Source: a virus. Taken from it: a stretch of 64,000 nt of DNA. Below are positions 59,213 through 64,000 of this stretch, piece after piece. Every line of letters begins with the position of its first letter. Position 1 is the first letter of the stretch. The stretch is taken from the IMG/VR virus record IMGVR_UViG_3300037504_000588, positions 14,997-78,996 of that record; one strand, 5' to 3'. Under the pieces are notes generated by a model, which was not told the DNA's origin, ran no database searches, and saw only the letters and a list, made by a program, of their open reading frames with translations. Position numbers and translations under genes: made by a program.

Positions 59213-59677
59213 ATGAAAAGAATAAAATTAACTAAGAATCTGTATCTTGATGAATATATTCCACGTGAATTATATTTAAGAGAAGGAATATACGGAGATA
59301 TGTATAATAATTTACCTTTAAATACATGGATGGATATATTGCAAAGAAAAATTAACAAACAAATGGTTGCCGCAGATCAAAAATTAAGAGATCAGTTTGG
59401 TGCGGTAATTATTAATAATTGGATATATAATGGCGAAAGAAATTATAGTGGTTATAGGCCAAAAACATGTAGTGTGGGATATTTTTTGAGTGATCACCGA
59501 GAAGGTAATGCATCAGATAAAATTTTTCAAGATGTAAAAACAGAAGAGGTGATAGATTACATTGAAAAAAACTGGGAAGATTTGGGAATTAATATCATAG
59601 AAAAGGGAGTAAGTTGGGTGCATACTTCTGTTGCATGGACAGACATGCCTCTTAAAATTATTTACCCTGTGCGTTAA
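59213..59677 (+). CDS. Peptidase M15-like peptidoglycan hydrolase
   Basis: SGYR...SDH..GNASD...WVH zinc-ligand pattern. Confidence 0.7.
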   Translation: MKRIKLTKNLYLDEYIPRELYLREGIYGDMYNNLPLNTWMDILQRKINKQMVAADQKLRDQFGAVIINNWIYNGERNYSGYRPKTCSVGYFLSDHREGNASDKIFQDVKTEEVIDYIEKNWEDLGINIIEKGVSWVHTSVAWTDMPLKIIYPVR

Positions 59678-59717
59678 AAATTAAAAAATTTGGATGTTTT
59701 TTAAAAATTAATATAAG

Positions 59718-60221
59718 ATGTTAGAATTTGAAAAAGAATTAAAAACGAGGAGACTTCGGGAGATAGATCAAATAGAGAAGTCAGTAGAAGTTGATTTGTA
59801 TAATAATCAACAAAAAAGATTAGAAGAACTTGAGGAGTTTGAAAATAAAATACACTCCCTCTCTATTATAGAGAAAGCCTATGAATTAGGGCAAGTCGAT
59901 AAGGATGTTTTAAATAAAGCACGTTCAGGTGTTTATAAGGATACTCCATATAATCGTAAACACGGAAGAGTAGGTGTGCGGTTTGGTAAGAAAGTAGAAG
60001 GTGGAGATACTAAGGGATTGGATGATGACGGTAAGGAGAAAGAAAAAGAAGCAGATAAGAAAATTTTTGAAGTAGCATCTAAGGTTTACGATAAGGTAGA
60101 TTATAAAGACCTTAATAATAAAAATAAAATAAAATCTGCATTAAAATCATTGGGAAAACCTACAGACCCACTATATGTGGGAACGATAATAAGAAGGATA
60201 AAAAAAGAAATAGGTGAATAA
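59718..60221 (+). CDS. Putative internal head protein
   Basis: KARSGVYKDTPYNRKHGRVG motif. Confidence 0.5.
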   Translation: MLEFEKELKTRRLREIDQIEKSVEVDLYNNQQKRLEELEEFENKIHSLSIIEKAYELGQVDKDVLNKARSGVYKDTPYNRKHGRVGVRFGKKVEGGDTKGLDDDGKEKEKEADKKIFEVASKVYDKVDYKDLNNKNKIKSALKSLGKPTDPLYVGTIIRRIKKEIGE

Positions 60222-60979
60222 TGATTCCCATAACCCTCGACATATCAGAAACCATCAATGAATTCTCTTTAGATAAAGAGGAAAGTAAATCTTTATCAAG
60301 ATACATTATAGGCAATATTTCAAGAGAATATATGATCAATTGGGAAGAGGCTGTTGATAGAAATTTAAAACAAAGCAAGGGGACATATAAATCTGGAATG
60401 AGGGTTGAATATCCAGATGATTACAGTGCTGTGTTTATTCTTGAAGGTAAAGGTGATAGTCGTTTAGCTTTAATGATAGAAGAGGGGACTAATTCATTTG
60501 ACCAAAAGCCATTTTTTGAGAAAAGTGATAAGAAAAAATCTAAAAAGGACGGAGGGTGGTTTTTAACAATACCTTTTAGGATGGCTACAGCAGATGCATT
60601 AGCAGATAGTTCTATTTTTTCAGGTAAAATGCCTGAGCCAATACAAAACATTTCACGTAAAAGCAAAAAGGGTATAAAGTTACAGGATATACCTAAAGAA
60701 TTTCAAATAAAGGGAGTTAGAAGGGAAATAAAGACAGAACAAAAAACATATCCTGAGTATGAACATAAATCAACTAAATATGAAGGAATAATACACAGTA
60801 AAGGAAAGCATCATGGTCAATATATGAAATTTCGTAGAGTAAGTGATACAAGTGATGAAAATGCGTGGATACATCCAGGATTTCAACCGTATAAACTAAT
60901 GGAGAAAGCAATAGAAACAACAAAAATAGATAGGATTGTTGGTCGTTCAGTAGATGAATTTTTAAGTAAAACACTATAA
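60221..60979 (+). CDS. Putative neck/tail-completion protein
   Basis: MIEEG...FLTIPFR...FRRVSD...WIHPG; position upstream of the sheath. Confidence 0.55.
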   Translation: MIPITLDISETINEFSLDKEESKSLSRYIIGNISREYMINWEEAVDRNLKQSKGTYKSGMRVEYPDDYSAVFILEGKGDSRLALMIEEGTNSFDQKPFFEKSDKKKSKKDGGWFLTIPFRMATADALADSSIFSGKMPEPIQNISRKSKKGIKLQDIPKEFQIKGVRREIKTEQKTYPEYEHKSTKYEGIIHSKGKHHGQYMKFRRVSDTSDENAWIHPGFQPYKLMEKAIETTKIDRIVGRSVDEFLSKTL

Positions 60980-61659
60980 TGGCTATAATTATACCTCAAA
61001 TAAGAATAAAAGAGATATTAGATGAAATTATATCATTAATAAAAGAGCAACATAATACTAAAGTAGCTGCAAGCCTTGAAACAGAAAGTTGGCTTTATCG
61101 GAATTTTTATGGAGTAAAAGTTGGAACATTTGATTATTATGAACAAGCAAAAGAGTTGTTTGTAAATAGAGGAGAGGAAAGTAGAGATAGATTAGAGATA
61201 AGGAGAGACTTTGATAGGGACAGGGCAAGTTTACCGACTATATTTATAAATACCCCTTCTGAAAGTCAAGACGGGGTTAACACAATAGGTATGAATTATG
61301 ATGTTGCTTCAACATATTATGAAAATGATGATGGAAGTGAAACAGATTCTTATGGAAGAGCATTTAGAGGAGTGTATGAATTGATGTGTACTTCTTCTAA
61401 CAAAGATGAAGTTGAATTATTATATCGTTTTTTAGAGTGTGTATTTATTGCCTTTGCAGATACTTGGAATGATAATTTTAACGATACATTTACTTTTTCA
61501 GGTAAACAATTAATGCCTAATCCTGATGTTATTCCAACACCATTAATGATAAGGGTTTGGACAATAACAATAGGAGACATTCAAGAAGTTGCTAAATTTG
61601 ATACAGTAGAATACTTAGAAGATGTTCAGTTTGAAGGAACTCCAGAAAATATTGATTAA
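60979..61659 (+). CDS. Putative tail terminator
   Basis: LPTIFI pattern; position upstream of the sheath. Confidence 0.5.
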   Translation: MAIIIPQIRIKEILDEIISLIKEQHNTKVAASLETESWLYRNFYGVKVGTFDYYEQAKELFVNRGEESRDRLEIRRDFDRDRASLPTIFINTPSESQDGVNTIGMNYDVASTYYENDDGSETDSYGRAFRGVYELMCTSSNKDEVELLYRFLECVFIAFADTWNDNFNDTFTFSGKQLMPNPDVIPTPLMIRVWTITIGDIQEVAKFDTVEYLEDVQFEGTPENID

Positions 61660-61678
61660 TATAAAAATATAAAATAAA

Positions 61679-61882
61679 ATGGAAGAAAATAAAAAGAAGA
61701 ATTATACTAAAAAGGTAAAAAAAGAAACAAAGAAAGATGTTAAAATATCTATAAAAGAGGTAAGTAATGGATTAAAGTTACATAAATATTATAGAACCTG
61801 GGCTGAGAAAAAATATAAAGGAATTAATCTTTCTTTAGATAACTGGAAAAAAGTTTTAAAAAGAGATGGTTTGGATTTTTAG
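61679..61882 (+). CDS. Small basic protein upstream of the sheath
   Basis: ORF track; synteny with SPO1-like tail modules. Confidence 0.5.
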   Translation: MEENKKKNYTKKVKKETKKDVKISIKEVSNGLKLHKYYRTWAEKKYKGINLSLDNWKKVLKRDGLDF

Positions 61883-61962
61883 AATTAAATTATTTTTATT
61901 ATTTTTATAAAAATAGTTGTTTTATTAAAACGTTCGGAGGAAATTGATATGTATAATGAAAA

Positions 61963-64000
61963 ATGGCAACAAGTAAATTTTTTAATAACAAAAAGATAAC
62001 AATACCAGGCGTCTATTCTACAATAAAAAGCGGAATTAAGAATCCACCGATTACATCAGATTATAGTAAAGTATTAATTATAGACACAGGAACAACTCCA
62101 ATAGCAGGATGGGGAGGAGGTTCTGGGATCAATGGACAATTAGCCTCTGGACAAGATGCAATTTATCAGTTTACAGACCTTAATACTTATAGAGAATTTT
62201 TAAAGGGAGGTCTTCTTTGGAAGGTTGCGGAGGGTTTGTTTACACCAGACGGCGCAGAAAATGGAGTATCTACCTTATATCATGTTAAAGCGGCAACAAC
62301 AACTAAAGCAACCCTTGTTTTTACAGCAACGGGGGGAGGTGCAGCTGGAGGTACTGTTAATTTTTCTCCTAAAGATGAAGGTATTATTGCGAATGGAAAG
62401 TTAGATTCTTCTAATGATGATAATTTGTATAAAGGCTACGCTTACACTATAGAGAGTGGAGTTAAAGACACTGACAAATGGATATTTAAAGTATGGAGAG
62501 GGTCATATACAGGGTTATACAGCGGAGACTCTATTAGCTATGACGGTGTTTCAAAAACAGCATCTTCACCTATCTTATTAGCACAATCACCAGAATTTGA
62601 CAATATGTCAACTCTTATATCTTGGATGGAAGAAGATGCTTCATTTGGAGAATATTTTGAATTAAATTCTTCTTCAACAACTGGAACAGGCGTGGTAAAT
62701 AGTGCAGATATGACAGGTAAATCTGATTATCAAGTTAGCTCTTCTGTTGGGGTAGAAGGAACTGAAAATTTTAGCGCAAGTGATTTAACAGATGCATTAG
62801 AGGCTGTTAAAGATTTACATTATACTCATATTCTTTGTGATCGTTACGGAACAACAAGTGGAACTGCTCAGATTGAGACTGTAACATTACCTGCTACAAG
62901 TGCAGCAACACAGGGAGATTATATATTATTGTATAATCACACAGGAGAAACGGTTGCCGTATGGTTAGATATAGATGGAGATGGAACAGCACCAACTGGT
63001 ACTAATTATGTTAATGCTAATTATAAGGTTGAAGTAGATATAGCAACAGGAGGTTCATCTGCAACCAACGGAACAGCTTTTTATGAGGCACTTAAAGCAC
63101 AAACATCTTGGTCAAGTCAAGTTACATTATTAAACAATGGAGATGGGACAGTTACAATTACACAGGGAGATGCAGGAGATGTGACTGATGCTATTCCTAA
63201 AGATGCAAGTGATGCAACAGCAGGATCAATAACTTCTTCTACAGATGCAGACGGAGCAGACGGAACTACTACTTATAATGGAAGCCAAGTTGGAGCGATT
63301 GTTACACATATACAAACAGATGCTAAATATGATAAGTATATGTTTTTTGGAGGAGGTAAAGATGTCACTGAATTTGATCAAAGTAGTTCAAGCTCAAAAG
63401 TTTATGCAGAATATTTTGATAGTGAACAAGTTATAGTTGTACATGGAAATGTTAAAAAATCAAGTAATTTAACAGCGTCTGGGTTTAGGACTTGGCCAAC
63501 ACTTTATCATGCTGCTGTGTGTTTAGGTCGAATTGCAGGATTACCACCTCAAGTTCCTGGTACATTAAAATCTATAGGCGTAGAAGGGTTAGCACATAAC
63601 TTGACGGATAATGAAAAAGAAGTGGCTCTTGATGCGGGTATTATGGTAAGTTATTTTGATAATGATTTTAATGACTTTGTAATATTACAAGCAATTAATA
63701 CGGAGCAAAACAATGATAATTTGATTAATTCTGATGCATCTTCTTTTAGTCATCAAATTAATAGAATTAAGGCTCAATTGAATTATGATCTTGTTACAAA
63801 TGCAAAGATTGACTTGTTAGGTGATCCTTCTGGCGTTAACAGAAACACTTTGTCACCAACACAGGTGTACAATTGGACAGAGAAATTTTTAAAATCTAAA
63901 GTTGCTTCTGCGTCTCAAGATAATTTATTGGTTGCAACAGAAGATGTGCCAAATGGATTCAAAGATATAACAGTTACAAGGACACAGGATAATTATAATA
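61963..64000 (+). CDS. Tail sheath protein (partial, runs off the window; absent from the ORF track)
   Basis: MATSKFFNNKKITIPGVYSTIKS...; AAVCLGRIAGLPPQVPGTLK; frame appears open to the window end. Confidence 0.85.
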   Translation, partial: MATSKFFNNKKITIPGVYSTIKSGIKNPPITSDYSKVLIIDTGTTPIAGWGGGSGINGQLASGQDAIYQFTDLNTYREFLKGGLLWKVAEGLFTPDGAENGVSTLYHVKAATTTKATLVFTATGGGAAGGTVNFSPKDEGIIANGKLDSSNDDNLYKGYAYTIESGVKDTDKWIFKVWRGSYTGLYSGDSISYDGVSKTASSPILLAQSPEFDNMSTLISWMEEDASFGEYFELNSSSTTGTGVVNSADMTGKSDYQVSSSVGVEGTENFSASDLTDALEAVKDLHYTHILCDRYGTTSGTAQIETVTLPATSAATQGDYILLYNHTGETVAVWLDIDGDGTAPTGTNYVNANYKVEVDIATGGSSATNGTAFYEALKAQTSWSSQVTLLNNGDGTVTITQGDAGDVTDAIPKDASDATAGSITSSTDADGADGTTTYNGSQVGAIVTHIQTDAKYDKYMFFGGGKDVTEFDQSSSSSKVYAEYFDSEQVIVVHGNVKKSSNLTASGFRTWPTLYHAAVCLGRIAGLPPQVPGTLKSIGVEGLAHNLTDNEKEVALDAGIMVSYFDNDFNDFVILQAINTEQNNDNLINSDASSFSHQINRIKAQLNYDLVTNAKIDLLGDPSGVNRNTLSPTQVYNWTEKFLKSKVASASQDNLLVATEDVPNGFKDITVTRTQDNYN

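Noticed and set aside
424-61580. All minus-strand ORFs in the track
   Set aside because: They are short shadows of long plus-strand genes, with antisense-type composition
63245-63436. 63-aa plus-strand ORF
   Set aside because: It lies out of frame inside the tail sheath gene; 6591, 40649 and 41828 are rejected for the same reason
1-64000. Stop-codon reassignment
   Set aside because: Core genes are intact under the standard code, and both TAG and TGA end genes normally
1-64000. Integrase, terminase large subunit, tRNA or rRNA
   Set aside because: No recognisable motifs; they may lie outside the window or have been missed by eye

Overview
A 64 kb, very AT-rich segment of a large tailed phage genome. 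It is a myovirus with a SPO1/Twort-like virion module, and essentially all real genes are on the + strand. The host is very probably Bacteroidota: there are four copies of a TTTG-N19-TAnnTTTG promoter, Bacteroidota-style signal peptides and D-S/T-hydrophobic glycosylation sequons. Bases 1-22.5 kb hold recombination, replication and nucleotide genes (SSB, SbcD/SbcC-like, RecA, RuvC-like, two helicases, RNase H, NrdJ). These are interrupted by clusters of small genes and DNA methyltransferases that sit in integron-like cassettes with GTTRRRY...RYYYAAC ends and attC-like hairpins; no integrase is present in the window. Bases 23-28 kb hold an array-less type IV-B CRISPR-Cas effector operon (csf1-cas11-csf2-cysH-csf3) with an ibrAB pair inserted into it. 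Bases 28-64 kb hold the head, neck and tail genes (portal, MuF-like protein, protease, scaffold, major capsid protein, partial tail sheath). This part also has an intein-bearing phosphoesterase, a 1887-aa modular NUDIX/ART/GNAT protein, lysis genes, and about nine signal-peptide proteins enriched in host O-glycosylation sequons. No CRISPR array, tRNA, rRNA or terminase large subunit was recognised. All calls come from motif recognition by eye; no database searches were run.
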